This document shows, in pieces, positions 42,201 to 56,121 of a stretch of 64,000 nt of DNA. The position numbers and the translations under genes were made by a program. How positions within the stretch are numbered: position 1 is the first letter of the stretch; the number at the start of each line of letters is the position of its first letter. Source of the stretch: Intoshia linei. Lineage: Eukaryota > Animalia > Orthonectida. Where the stretch lies: positions 8,607-72,606 of the forward strand of contig LWCA01000030.1 in assembly GCA_001642005.1 (NCBI GenBank), in the 5' to 3' direction. Under the pieces are notes generated by a model, which was not told the origin of the DNA, searched no databases, and was given only the letters and a program-made list of their open reading frames with translations.

Positions 42201-45200
42201 TTTATGTTTCTGTTTAATAAATATTTCAAATCGTGCTTGAGACATTCATAGTGAAGTGATTTTCAAATTCGTGTTGCGGTCCGCAACTTGCGGACCGTAT
42301 TACAAAACTTATATACACAACTATTTAATGTCATCTTAGTACAGGATGGTGTGTTCTATTGGCATGTCATAATTGCACTATTCACTATATGACCCTCTCA
42401 ACTCCTCTTCACAAACCTGGTAACTTAGATGTATATTACTGGGATATTGGATCCCATTAAAATGTGCTGTGAAGCTCCGTATCATTGTAAGCGATGTTAA
42501 CAGTTTATATTAATAACTACAAATATAGATAACCTCATTTAGAAATTTTTTTATTTTTGATTTAAATAATTTATTGGTTCCATGGGTTCTAAAATAAAAA
42601 ATATATTATTAAAAATTATTTTCAAGTATATTACAACAGAGATATGGAATGTCTGCAAGAAAGATTAATGATACAAAAGTGTAATGATCTACTAGGTTGA
42701 ATTCTACTAGTTCACTTAAAAATAAAAAGATCATTATGTCTGGAATCCCGCTGTACGATACAATAAAAATACGACACACATGAACTATAATCACATGACT
42801 TTTCCAGTCAGGCAGCTCTGAATAGTTATTCATAATCTTATAATTGCAATTATAATTGAATCTATTCGTACAATGAATACAGATCACTACTGATAAAGTG
42901 ATTTAATACATTTTTAGACATCATTACATTTAAATAGAAGAGTACAACCAAAGCCGAACTTACAAAAGCCAGTATTTTTCTTTTTGGTGGAAGTAGAATT
43001 GCGAGGTCTCGACGAAATTTTGGTAAAATAAGGCTCTCATTTTTGAATATAACTATTTTTTATGTCAAATTTAACTTTATAGTCCAACCCTGTAGAGGTG
43101 GCTAGAAGATACATGTATATGGTACAGCAGGCGTTCTCAACCCTTTTTCGCTGTGGACCCTAAGATGATATTACAAAAAATAAATTAAATAAATACCGCT
43201 TCACATAACTTAAAATCAGATTGAAAACTATACATTTAAAAACATCATTTTGGACTGATAGTCACAATCAATTTTAAAATATTAACATCATCATATTTAT
43301 ATTATGTGAATAAAAACAAGAAATGCAGTAATGTCTAAATTTACAAAATTTTACAATTCAAAAAAATAAGAGACATAAAATAGTGTCATATCAATAAAGT
43401 TTTAATTGAAATTAAAAAAATTTTTATTTTAAACTTTATATTCATGTATGATTCACTGAAACTATAGTAATAAAATGAGAAATTTTCATTACATGTCGTT
43501 TTTACATGATATGTAAAAATATTTGCAATAAAAGTACAGTGTGTTAAAATAATCCTTAATTCCTTCCATCGGACAAATCATTCGGTATAATTTCATAAAC
43601 TTTTCAAACGTAAAAGAATTTGCATCGATATCTTGGCGCTAAATGTATATTTTGTAGTTATTTTTTTATTTTCGTATAATTATTAAAGTGCATTAGATTT
43701 TACAGTTATAATTACTTTTCCAGTTGGAAAATCCAAGTCGTTTAGAAATTTTGTAATATACTTCTCTGATTTTCCTGAGGCAAATGTGTGTATGACACTA
43801 ATTTGAGAATAGATAAAATTATGATAAGATTTAATTTTTATAACAGTGGTTTTCAAAGGTGAGGAATAAAAATTTAGTTTTTCATACATTTTCAATGGAA
43901 ATTTTCCACTTATAAAATAATTTCTTAAAATAAAATTGATTTAAAATATTTGACATAGTAAATAGCTTTACATATTGAACGAAAATTAATATAATTACGA
44001 CTAATTTTATTTTCAAGGAATCAACTAAGTTTTATTGGGATAAACATCTTGAAATGAGAAAGGATTTGATAACCACTGCCATTTATTATCAATAATACTT
44101 TTTAATTGGTATTTTATCTTCATGTATCACCTGAAGTTTCAATCGTGTGTAGCTAAAAATATAATTTAATTAATTTTTATTAAGGTACTGTTTTAGTAGC
44201 GTGGTCGTCGGTCCAATATGTCGTATACGATTATTATTAATTAATTCTTGCAATGTTTTTTTCCATAACTAAAAAAAATATGGAAAAATGTATATTGTAC
44301 TTTGAAAGGTAACAATATTTTTAATTTTTTATTTAAACTTTTAAAAAGGGCAAAGCCAACCATCTTTATTATATATCAATCATGTTAAAATGAAATACTG
44401 GGTTTTTAGCAGTAATTCGAATCATTCTGACAATAAATTATCAAAGTTGTTTTGTGTAGATATGAAGTAACTAATATCCTAATGTATGAGGTTAATAGAA
44501 AATTTATTAGTGTGCCGAAGCACCACAATACATATGTAAAATAATATTTATATATCAATTTTTTCAATTTAAATTTTAAATAAATAATCATAATTTATTT
44601 TTAAAATTGAACAATTAATAAAATTCTATACATCCTAATTTATATATATATGCTATGCGATTTTTGTTTGTGTGTGTGTTACGCTTTATTTAAATAACTA
44701 TCCGTTTTAGAATTTTATAAAGTCCACATTTCAATTACAGTTTTTCCGGGGTGTTCCCAAACTTAATTTCAACCTCCCAATTTCACATCTCACGGGTCAA
44801 AAACCCCAGTTGTTCCTCTTTTTGAAAATCAAACGAGTTGGAGAATTTAAAATTTAAAAAAATATATACGCTGATACGGATTTTAAAATCATAAACATTA
44901 CCATAAATTTAAATTTAAAACAATTATATCTTCAGGGCCAAAACCACAAATTACCCTTGTTTTTTTAATGAAAACAGCCCTATAATTTCAAAAATTTACA
45001 GGTTGTACAGTTATATCCTGTTAACACACACAGAAAATTTCAATCCGATTTAGTGACGACTTCACGGTCAAAAAAGCATTTTAGTATTCATATATTTTTT
45101 TTCGAAATATTCATTAAAACAAAAAATGTGAAATAATTAAAGGTCCAAAAATTAAAAAAAAAAGATTCTTTTGATAGAGCTTATTCCAGTTGCTATAAAT

Positions 45201-46859
45201 ACAAAATTTCAACCCCAGAAATCTACGCATTCCCGGTGAAAAATAATTTTTAATATATTATTAACCAATATTTTTCAAATATTTCGATTAAAATCAAAAA
45301 TGTAAATATTAATCCTACAATTTCAAAAAAAATGTGCATTGTACGTCTACACATTTTCAATAAAGACATATGGGTGAAAATCTATATAATTCATTCATTC
45401 GGAATTTTGTTCATTGCTACGCAATTTTTAAATTTTAAATTTTAATTTTCAAAACATTTTTATTAAAACATTCAAATTTGAATAAAAAACTAAACAACGA
45501 AACTAAAAAAACTTTGTTAATATCATTTTTATATTACAATCCTTTGCAATAATGGTAAAATTCGACTGAAATGTTCATAAAGTAAAGAGTCAGTTAATTA
45601 TTGATACACAATTGGTATTTTTAAGTATTTATTAAATTGGTACTGAATATATATCATCAAATTGAAAATGACAAAATAGGTTTTTATAATTTTATTATTT
45701 CTGGAATACATATTTTCTATGATATTTATGAAAATTTTTAGGATTGGACTGTTTTTATTTTTATTATTATACACACATTCTGTCTAATAAATTAAAAAAA
45801 TGGGATAACAATTAACATTAAAATTCTTTACGCAAATGTTAACAAAAAATTAAGATGGAATAATTCACTTTAAAGTAAAAAGTAATGTGATATCTGAGAA
45901 TCTTAATTTCAAATTCAGCAGATTATAGATACATTAAAATTGCGTGACATTAATCTGATAGTCATGATAAAATAAAAGATATTGCTGTACGTTGAAGACT
46001 GAATCAAATTCAAAGTTATTTGATATATTTATAGATATTCAACTATTTAATTGAGAGCAAAGTGTAGATAAACTATCAAATCCACAAATTTAACATTAAA
46101 TACTAAAAAATCTATTTTATAATATTTGCTAATCAAAAGGGTCATGCCACGTCATTTACAAAAGTAGATTATTCGATAAAATCTAATTACGTGGTATTTT
46201 AGACAATTAAATCAATAATCAATAGAGTGGATATCAAAATGATAATTAATTTTTTATTATCTAAAATGTAATAAAATTTTATACATTTTAAACTAATTTT
46301 TAATTTTAATATAGGTTATTAATTATTATTACCAGTGAAACTTCTTCGCTTTGTGTAATGAAATGTACAAAATAACGAGTGACAAAATCTTGACCGTGAC
46401 AGACACAAAATGATCTACGATTACTGGCATATATGCCATTATTGACCATTTCGCTTTGAAGTTGTTTATCCTAATTTTAAATTTTGATCAGTAATGAATA
46501 TATTGAAAAAATGATACAATTGAAATTTTTTAATTACCTTTGGATAAGTTTTAAATCTCACATCGCTAGTTAACGCCAAGTCAATTACTTGAGTCATCTA
46601 ATTAATTTATATGATTAATAATATTCACGCAAATGAATAATTCAAAAATAAAAACCTTGTCGTCAGATTTGTAGTATAGAAAAAAACCCCATTGATCAAC
46701 TTGAACAAAACAACGATTGATGGTAAGAGATTCCTTCAATTGAATTAAATTTAATTGAAATATGATTGAACTCACTTCATCAAATACGTCGAATAAGTCT
46801 CCTTCCAATAAATTATCCGGAATCTTCTTTTGCCAATTAAGTTTGTTGTTTTTAGACAT
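30222..46859 (-). CDS. Phosphoinositide phospholipase C beta (PLCB4/NorpA/EGL-8-like)
   Basis: More than 20 exons covering PH ([12 protein letters not shown]), EF-hands, X-box ([31 protein letters not shown]), Y-box ([22 protein letters not shown]), C2 ([15 protein letters not shown]) and a C-terminal coiled coil. Probable stop at 30222-30224. Confidence 0.93.
33400..34175. repeat. Copy of a ~0.8-0.9 kb dispersed repeat family (Helitron-like, non-autonomous)
   Basis: Collinear with 48057-48870 and reverse-complementary to 44632-45565. Confidence 0.85.
35130..35575. mobile_element. hAT MITE
   Basis: tagtgtttcccaacc ... ggtttgaaaaccctg; perfect 8-bp TSD cattaggg (35122-35129 / 35576-35583). 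Confidence 0.9.
35581..35810. mobile_element. Short TIR element with GGGTGTC termini
   Basis: ta|gggtgtc ... gacaccc|ta. Confidence 0.6.
36860..37902 (+). mobile_element. Ty3/Gypsy LTR retrotransposon 3' remnant (integrase fragment, polypurine tract, LTR)
   Basis: Frameshifted integrase core [24 protein letters not shown]...[12 protein letters not shown]...TGISP...FG. Purine tract ggggaagg at 37591-37598 is followed by TGTAGTAT (37599) ... ATACTACA (37902). Confidence 0.75.
41768..41939. mobile_element. Tigger-like MITE; related copy at ~47888-48052
   Basis: ~34-bp TIR agtgatacctcgatatagtcacgttcgattactt / aagtaatcgaacgtgactatatcgagatatcactg|ta. Confidence 0.85.
44632..45565. repeat. Helitron-like dispersed repeat copy, opposite orientation to the 33400 and 48057 copies
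   Basis: Starts a|TCCtaat...tgctatgcgatttttgtttgtgtgtgt; reverse complement of 48057-48870. Confidence 0.85.
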
Positions 46860-48056
46860 GATGAAATTCTAAACTTGTGTTTACAATTAATAAAAGTTAT
46901 TATTACGTATAATGTTCTATTTATTTTTCTTGGTTAATAAATTTTAAGTTGTAAATTAAAAAAAATATTCTTCGTTTTATAGTATAACTTTATATATTTA
47001 CTTATTGAATTTATCTTTGTTTATTTAGTTTTTCATAATTTAAGAAAATACACGTAAATGTGATGATATCGTTCAACTTAATGCACATAAATATTAGAAA
47101 TGATTAATATTTTGCATGTTTCAATACATTGTACTCGAATAAATAAATTGGGTCATGTTGCAATTGCATTTAATTGTTTTCGGTTGGGAGTTGCATCGTA
47201 TTCCATAATCTTGTTTGACATTGTTTAAAGAAACAGTGTTGCATTTACGTAAATTACTTTATATTCGGATAAAATTCCATACACACAGAGATTATTGCTT
47301 AGGATAAATATTTTAATCAATTATTCTGCAAATACTTTGTTACTCTAATCTTGAAATATTTTATTAGTGTCACGATTACCTATAGGTTCCATAATTATAT
47401 TATAATGTATCAATGCATATTATATACAATATTTGATTAAATCAATATTATTCAATTAATTTATAAATGTCAATAAATGTTAGGAAATATAAGACGTAAT
47501 AATGATACTTGACTTTCATCATGATTAGTTTAAAATTTGAAGGTATACTTTCTAGTCACTAATAGCTTTAAAGTATATTTAAAAGTAGACATACATCTAC
47601 TATACAAAATATATCCATTCATGTGCGACATTTTTCGGTACATAAAAGTTCGGACTCTTATGTAGACTATAATATAGAAATTCTCAAACTATAACTCCAG
47701 CGATTCTCAGAGGGGGTGATTTTTAAATTTGATGAAAAGAAAATAAAATTGTTTATTTTTATGTACAACGTACAAACAGCACATAGATTTGCCGAGGGTA
47801 GCACTTTAAAAACTTTGTGTGAATTTTACCAGCATTGTAATAAATTTATTTATATAAAAATGATAATAACAATATTGTTATTTGTATTACAATATCTCGA
47901 TATATTCACGTTCGATTACTTCAATTTTAGTTTATTTGAGCTAAATGTAAAGCCAAAATTACATACTATGTATCTATGATTGCAAAAAATATTTTTGGCT
48001 TAAATTTTAAGTTAAAATTGTTTCTATCATATTCTTTGATATCATATCACTGTACT

Positions 48057-49170
48057 TCGTTGTTGTAGTTTTAATACAAAGTTATTTTAAACTTTTTGAA
48101 AATTAAAAATTGCGAAGGACTAAATTATATAAATTTTCACCCATATGTCTTTATTGGAAATGTGTAATGTTTTTTGAAATTGTAGGATCTATATTTACAT
48201 TTTCAATTTTTATTTTAATCGAAATATTTGAAAAATATTGGTTGATAATATATTAAAAATTACTTTTCACTGGGAATGCGTAGATTTCTGGAGTTGAAAT
48301 TTTGTATTTATATCAACTGGAATAAGGTCTATATAAATAATATTTTTTTTTAATTTTCGAACCGTTAATTATTTCACATTTTTTGTTTTAATAAAATATT
48401 TCGGAAAAAAAATTTATGAATACTAAAATGCTTTTTTGATCGTGAATTCGTCGCTTATTCGGATTGAAATTTTTTTATGTGTGTTAACAGGATACAACTG
48501 TACCACCTGTAAATTTTTTGATTTTCTAGGGCTGTTTAAAAAAAAGGAAGGGGAATTTGTGGTTTTGACTTTGAAGATATAATTTTTTTTAATTTAAATT
48601 TATGATAATGTGTATGATTTTAAAATCCGCATCAGCGTATATATTTTTTTAAATTCTCCAACTTGTTTGATTTTCAAAAAGAGGGACAACTGGGGTTTTT
48701 GACCCCCATAAGATACGAAATTAGGAGGTTGAAATTTATCTTACTATACGTCCCAGAAAAAACTGTAATTGAAATGTGGTTTTCAAAAAATTCTAAGGCG
48801 GGTAGTTATTTAAATAAAGCGTAACACACACACAAACAAAAATCGCGTAGCATATTATATAAGTTAGGATAAGTGAAATAAGCTGTATCAGAATAATTTT
48901 TTTTTTAATTGTAGAACCGTTATTTATTTCAAATTTTTAATTTAAAAGTTTCATAGTAAAAAAAATCAATACTAAAGTGCTTTTTGACCGTGAAGGTGAC
49001 ATTTTGTCACATTGAAAATTTTTGTGTGTTAACCGGATATAACTATCATATGTAATTTTTTTTAAATTCTAGGGCTGTTTAAAAAAAAGGAAGGGGAATT
49101 TGTGGTTTTGACTTTGAAGATATAATTTTTTTTAATTTAAATTGATGATAATGCTTATGACTTTAAAAAC
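48057..49170. repeat. Helitron-like repeat: full copy plus a partial tandem copy
   Basis: 48057-48870 ends ...acacacaaacaaaaatcgcgtagcatattatataagttaggat. 48875-49170 repeats the internal segment. Confidence 0.85.
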
Positions 49171-49407
49171 TATCCTTAAATTTATGTTTTATCAAATTCA
49201 ATTTGTACTAAAAATAATTAATATCAATAAAAACATTAGCTTATTATCCGATTCATTATCAAAAAATGAAAATTATGGCGACCTTTCAAAATGACATGGA
49301 TACTTCAAAAACATTAAAAATATTGTCATAGCACAACTTATCATTATTTAAGCAATATCGACCTATTTAATTTGAAAGACAATTTTAATATTAGACAATT
49401 AGTGAAA

Positions 49408-50728
49408 ATGTCCGAATTCAAGGTATTTTTGAATTGTACCGTAAACAAATACAGTTTAAAATTTAGACACAAAATTTGGAACAATTGCAAAAACTTTTTG
49501 TTCATTCATTTTCTGCTGAAACTACAGAGGACGAATTAAAGCAATTCTTTAGTACATATGGTGAAGTGGAAGAATTCATTATAATTCGGGATAAAGTAAC
49601 AAAAAAGTAAGATTGTAATATTTTATACTCATGAGTAAGCAATAATTATTGCAATTACTGACCATGAGGTTTTAACTTAAGTTAAGATTATTTATAGATC
49701 AAAAAGATTTGGTTTTTGTAAGTTTGCAACCATTGAGGGTATCGATAATGTACAATCGCAGAGACCTATCAAATTTCAGGATATTATACTTGACACAAGA
49801 AGAGCTGCTCCAAAAGGGGTATTAAGATTTCTCCTAACCGTGAATTAACATTAGAGTCTTGACGAAAGATCTTGAGACTTGGCTCAGGTTTACTAGTATA
49901 CTAGTAAGTAGTTAATGGTAGTTTACTAGTAGTAGTCATGTATACGTACTTTATTAACAAATTATTTCAGATGGAGCATGATCCAATGACTAAACAAAAA
50001 ATTAACAGATTGTATGTGAGTGGTATAAGAGAGGAAATAGAATCTGAAGATTTAAAGGGCTATTTTTCTAAACACGGGACAATTGTTAGAGTTGACATTA
50101 TGGTTTCGCAAGACACTGGTAAAAAACGAGGTTTCGCTTTTATTGAATTTGAGGATTTTGATACTGTCGATAAAATGTGCCGTATTATAATTGTGTTTCA
50201 TTTCTTTACAATTTTTAGTTATGAAAAGTCATATGATTAAAAATTATCGATGTGATGTCAAAAAGGCTATTCCTAAAGAAAGTATGATCAATCCTAGTAC
50301 TCCAAGGAATGATTATGGAAATCGATCATATAATAACCATAATACTTCTCGCGACAGAAGTTTCAATAATAGTACTAGTTATGGAAATAGAGAACAATAT
50401 CCACCTCGTCATCCTTACGGTTACAATCACACTAGAACGGAATATGGTTAGCGTTTTTCATTGGTTTAATAATTTATTTTGATTTTAGCTGCTGCACCCT
50501 ACGAGCAAACATATGCACCTGATGCTTATAGTAACAGGTATCAACCTCGGGGATATCCGCAATATGATGGTTCCATTTTTTTAACATTGTTTCATATTTT
50601 TTTAGCTGATCCTAATGCTGGTTATGAACAATATCCTCCACCTGGAAATGGTAATTTTTTTAATTAATTTTATATCATTACATTATTTAGCCCAAAATTA
50701 CAGACATAATCCATATAAAAGATATTGA
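49408..50728 (+). CDS. hnRNP A/B-like RNA-binding protein (2 RRMs plus Tyr/Gly/Pro-rich tail)
   Basis: Eight exons. RNP1 motifs SKRFGFCKF and KKRGFAFIEF, then CDVKKAIPK. The tail ends YRHNPYKRY (PY-NLS-like); TGA at 50726-50728. Confidence 0.85.
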
Positions 50729-51339
50729 TTTTTGTACCATGTATTTAGATAATTATTTATTAAATAAGTAATTTAAAATTTATTTGTTTACTCCGTGTTT
50801 TTCATTTTTTGTCTAATTTGAAAGGTCTTGTCAATGTGTGTCACTAAATTATTTTTATAATTGGTAAACGCATAAACCTTTTATCTTTGAACCAAATCTA
50901 ACATTTAATTTCTAAATTTTATTATATTTTTTAAATGTTATTTACGTTGGTCCTATCTTCTAATTTATCGCCTATCCATGTCTTTTCCTTCTATAATGAA
51001 TATATAACCAGTTAACATTAAACAAATCACAAATTTTCCTGGAAATTCTTATATACCAAGTAGTGATTGTCCGAAAAAAATTGAGACATACCTGTATTTG
51101 ATTTATGTTTGTTATTAAAATGGAAATATTTAAAATTTACCATTTCAAAAATCCCACCACTAATAAATTTAATCAAAAATAACATTTCACATCCTCATCC
51201 TCATGGAAAAATTGTCTTACACCGATATTCTTTTCAAAAATCTTATTTTCCAGCCCTTAATGGAAAAATATCCTTTTTCCAATACTTTTTTTAAAAACCT
51301 CTTATTCCAACCACAAATTACTAACGCTTAAGGTAATTA

Positions 51340-51575
51340 TCCTCTTTTTCCAATATTATTTTGAAAAATATTATGAATTGTTACGAACTGGAGCCCTATC
51401 ATCAAGATTGTTAAAATTAAAGGAAGCCCTTATGACCCTTCAACCTACGTCAACACAAAATGAAAGAAATTTTTCTACTGCTTCTAATTTCGTTACAAAA
51501 CGTAGAACGCATTTAGAAGACGAATCTATCAATATTATGTGTGTTTTGAAAAAATTTTTCAACAATCTAAAATAA
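51340..51575 (+). mobile_element. hAT transposase C-terminal dimerisation domain fragment
   Basis: ALMTLQPTSTQNERNFSTASNFVTKRRTHLEDESINIMCVLK matches the hATC motif P-TS---ER-FS. Confidence 0.8.
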
Positions 51576-52761
51576 ATAAATTTTTTTCTAATTAAATTTG
51601 TAAATTTCAATTTAGATTCGTGTTATTTCATTAATTAAGATAAATGATCCACAACTGGCCCAGCTTCGCCACCCAATTTATCAAAATAAATAGCTGTAAA
51701 AGTAAACTAAAATTAAAATTAATTTCATTATACTGATTGTACTGACAAACAGCATCAAAAATGTGAAATTTGTTGAAGTAAAATAGATAAAATATAATAT
51801 ACATTATAGCAGTGGTACTAAAATCAACAAAATTTCAACCCCATTACAAAAAAAGTATCGCTTAATCATTTAGTTTTAACGTAATCAATTTTAAAAGTGT
51901 AACCAACTTTTATATTTCTTTTAAATCTGTTATTTTATCACTTCTCTAACAATATTTATTTTTTTAGTGTTCAGTGCAGTGATTCTTAACCGGTGCGCCA
52001 TGAGTAAATTCTTTAATATTCTTTGATTCATTATGTAGAATTAAAAAAACAACATATTTTAAATATAAATAGCAATTTCTATTATGATTTCAAATCATGA
52101 TCTATTATTTAAATTTTATGATCTACACATTAAAAGAAATTAAAATTACCAATTTCATTTTGTTCCCATTACTTTTTATTTTAGCATTTCTCAAAATTTC
52201 AGTGTCAAACTAAATGTAATTTGTAAATAAAACGTTGTTTTACATTTTTAGGAACTTTAACCAAAATTTTCATTATATTGTTTTAGGATAGAATAAGAAT
52301 ATTTTTTTGTCCATTGAGCGATAAATAATTATATTAATTGACAGGTTATATGTAATTCTATAAAAAAATGTGTCTGTATCAGATTATTTGATGAAAATAT
52401 TTATTTTTCAAAACTAACCACTCTGATGAGTAAAAATTTATGCATAAACAATGTTCGAGTTCACATATTTCAATGTTCATAGCGTGTCATTAACAACTAA
52501 TCTAATTCGATACGAATAAAAAAAAACTGATCTAATTTCACCAGATTTTCAATTAACCAGAGTTCAAAAGTAAATTTATCATAGCTGTTACGGCTATCAA
52601 TTATTTCAGTTATTATTATCAATATTATTTCAGCTAAGCTGTAAATAAAATAGTGACATTCAAACCTAAATTAAATTTTGCTAACGAATATCATCACAAA
52701 ATTAAAATTAAAATTTAAACCTTAACAAAACTATCAATAAATAAACACTGTACAATAAGCA

Positions 52762-52810
52762 TGAATATTCTCGATACTTCTCTAACAAGAAAGAACATTC
52801 GCGACAATTC
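52762..52810 (+). promoter_or_regulatory. Two heat-shock elements upstream of HSP90
   Basis: tGAAtaTTCtcGAtacTTC (52762-52780) and aGAAcaTTCgcGAcaaTTC (52792-52810) are alternating nGAAn arrays ~300 bp before the ATG. Confidence 0.8.
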
Positions 52811-53099
52811 TTTTTTATCGCAACGGTTGTTAAATAACAAAAAGTTCTAAAGTTTTTAATGAATTACTCATTAAATTCAAAATATATTAAAAAAATTAAA
52901 TGACCAAAACGCTTTTATTACCATTGTGAACATTGTGCCAGAGTCACGTCAGAAAAAATTTAATAATAAAGACGTTGGTGTGTTAATTATTTATACAAAT
53001 AAAATTCAAGCAAACTAAACTTCAATTAAATTTCAATCACATTTGCATTATCGTTATACTTTTTGCGTGTTTTCAAATATAAAATTGTAATACATTAAA

Positions 53100-55387
53100 A
53101 TGGTTGAATCTAAAGACACTAATGTGGAAACTTTTGCTTTCCAAGCAGAAATTGCCCAATTAATGACTTTAATCATTAATACGTTCTACTCAAACAAGGA
53201 AATTTTTCTTAGAGAATTGATTTCAAATTGCTCCGATGCATTGGATAAGATTCGATTTGAAAGTTTAACTGATCAGTCAAAATTGGATTCTGAATCAAAT
53301 CTTAAAATCAATATTTCAGCTGACAAGGCTAACAATACAATCACCATTAGTGATACTGGAATCGGTATGACCAAAAATGAACTCATTCAGAACTTGGGAA
53401 CTATTGCTAAGTCTGGTACGAAAGGTTTTATGGAAGCCATCCAAGTAATTTTTATTCTTAAATATTTTATTAATTTATTTATTATAGTTTTATCACATAA
53501 TTTATATTAATTTATTTTTTAGGCTGGTGCCGACATCAGTATGATTGGTCAATTCGGTGTTGGATTCTATTCTGGTTATTTGGTTGCCGATAAAATTGTT
53601 GTTAACAGTAAACACAATGATGATGAACAACATGTTTGGGAATCTTCCGCTGGTGGTTCTTTCACAGTTCGAAAAGCCGATGAAACTGATATCAAATTGA
53701 CTAGAGGAACCCACATTTGTTTGTATATGAAAGAAGATCAAACCGAGTATTTGGAAGAAAAAAGAATCAAGGAAGTTGTTTCTAAGCACTCTTCTTTTAT
53801 TCAATATCCCATTATTATGCCAGTGGAAAAAGAAAAAGAAGAAGAAGTTTCTGATGATGAAGAAGAAAAGCCTGATGAGGATAAACCAAAGATTGAAGAA
53901 TTGGATGAAAATGAAGAAAAAGGTGAAGATAGCAAACCTGAAAATGAAACCGCTGAAAAGAAAAAGAAGAAAATTAAAGTAAAATATACTGAAGATGAAG
54001 AATTGAATAAGAGCAAACCTTTATGGACTAGAAATTCCGATGACATCTCCCAAGAAGAATATGGAAATTTTTACAAATCTTTGACAAATGACTGGGAAAC
54101 TCACTTGGCTGTTAAACACGCTAGTGTTGAGGGACAATTAGAATTTAGAACATTGTTGTATATACCAAAACGTGCTCCATTCGATCTGTTTGAAAATAAA
54201 AAAAAGAGAAATAACATAAAATTGTATGTACGTCGAGTTTTCGTCATGGACAATTGCGAAGATTTAATTCCTGAATATTTAGGATTTATTAAAGGAGTAG
54301 TTGATTCAGAAGATTTACCTTTGAACATATCAAGAGAAACTTTACAGCAAAATAAGATTTTGAAAGTTATTCGTAAAACAATTGTCCGTAAATGTATTGA
54401 ATTATTCACTGAATTGAGTGAAGACAAAGAGAGTTACAAAAAATTCTATGAACAATTTGGTAAAAATATGAAACTTGGAATTCACGAAGATTCTACTAAC
54501 CGAGAAAAATTGGCTGGATTTTTGAGATATAAAACTTCTTTTGCTAAAGATGAAATGTCATCTCTTGAAGAATACATTGAGAGAATGAAGCCTAACCAGC
54601 AAGATATTTTGTACATTACTGCTGCAAACATGGAAGAAATTGAATCATCTGCTCTTGTCAATGGTATTGTGTCTAAAGGATATGAAGTTATATATATGGT
54701 TGATCCAATTGACGAATATGCAACTCAACAATTAAGACAATTCAAAGGAAAAAATCTTGTATCGATTACCAAGGAAGGATTGAAATTACCTGAAGATGAA
54801 GAAGAGACTAAAAAACAAGAAGAATTGAAAGCTCAATTTGAACCATTGTGCAAAAGATTGAAAGAGGTACTTGATAGTCGTGTTGAAAAGGTTGAATTAA
54901 CTCATGTTTTGCATAAAAGTCAATCTTGTACAATTATTACCAGTCAATATGGTTGGACTGCAAATATGGAAAGAATCATGAAAGCTCAAGCTTTGAGAGA
55001 TACTAGTACCATGGGGTACATGTCAGCTAAAAAGATTTTCCAAATCAACCCTGAAAACAAAATTATTATGAAATTGAAAGACATGACTAGTGATGATGAC
55101 GGTTTGTTTAACAACATTGTTATGATTATTTTTGACATCACCCTGTTAAATTCTGGATTTTCGCTTGAAAATCCAAAGAAACACAGTGACAGAATCTTTA
55201 AAATGATTAAACTAGGCATTGGTAATATTAAATTTTAATTATTTACTTGATAAATTGCGTACATTTTAACTTAATTATTTTAGATGTTGATATTGATGAA
55301 GAAGAGGAAGAATTAACAAATGGAAAAGTTGCACCACCGCTTGAAGAGCTCAAAGAAGACATCTCTAAAATGGAAGAAGTCGATTAA
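53100..55387 (+). CDS. HSP90: Cytosolic heat shock protein 90
   Basis: Exons 53100-53444, 53523-55221 and 55284-55387. Signatures [37 protein letters not shown] and C-terminal MEEVD. Confidence 0.98.
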
Positions 55388-56121
55388 ATTTAGTTTATAA
55401 TTTGTAATAAGATTAAATATTTTAATCAATTTATTCTTCATTATTTAAAATTGAGTATCTGTTCTAATCTGCTTAGAACTTAGCACATCTTGTCTATTGT
55501 CCTCGGATATGAATGGTTCAGTATCGTCCGTATATAAGGGTTGACAACCACTGGTGAATTATTTTTGTTTTAATGTTTAAGGATATATATTTTCTACTCT
55601 ATAACGATTTATTATGGATTAAAATATTATTACCCTTATTTTTTTAAATTTCATTTCTATTTTTATGTCGATATTACTGTTTTGCCTGGTCGTTTGTAAT
55701 CATCAGTTACCTTTTGCTATCATTTACTATTTTTATTTTTAAATATAATTTTTTATTTCATATACATAATTAAAATGCAAATAAGCACATATTGAATTAT
55801 TTGAATGTTGAAGGTCAAAAACCCACTTTGTTTAAAAATGTATTGAATTGCTTAATAATTACGATTTCACCGGTATTTACATTTTTATTTTTTTGGGGAT
55901 TTAAACTACTTATGACAATTTTTAGGATTTTACTGTTTTTACTTTGTTTTTAAGAGTATACACTTATTCTCTAGTAAATTTAAAAAATTGTTTTTAAATT
56001 TTTTACACAAAAATTAAATTTAAATTTAAAATAATATTAAGTGAACAATTCACTTTATATGAAATGATAATATGAAATGACCGGTCCGGGGTCAAATAAA
56101 TTTAGGAACCTTCATTTAAAG

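Noticed and set aside
42340-42500. Possible Gypsy integrase zinc-finger remnant (minus strand)
   Set aside because: Too degenerate (multiple stops and frameshifts) to call without a profile search.
53502-55219. Antisense and alternative-frame ORFs over HSP90
   Set aside because: These are shadow ORFs caused by codon bias of the real gene and have no independent motifs.
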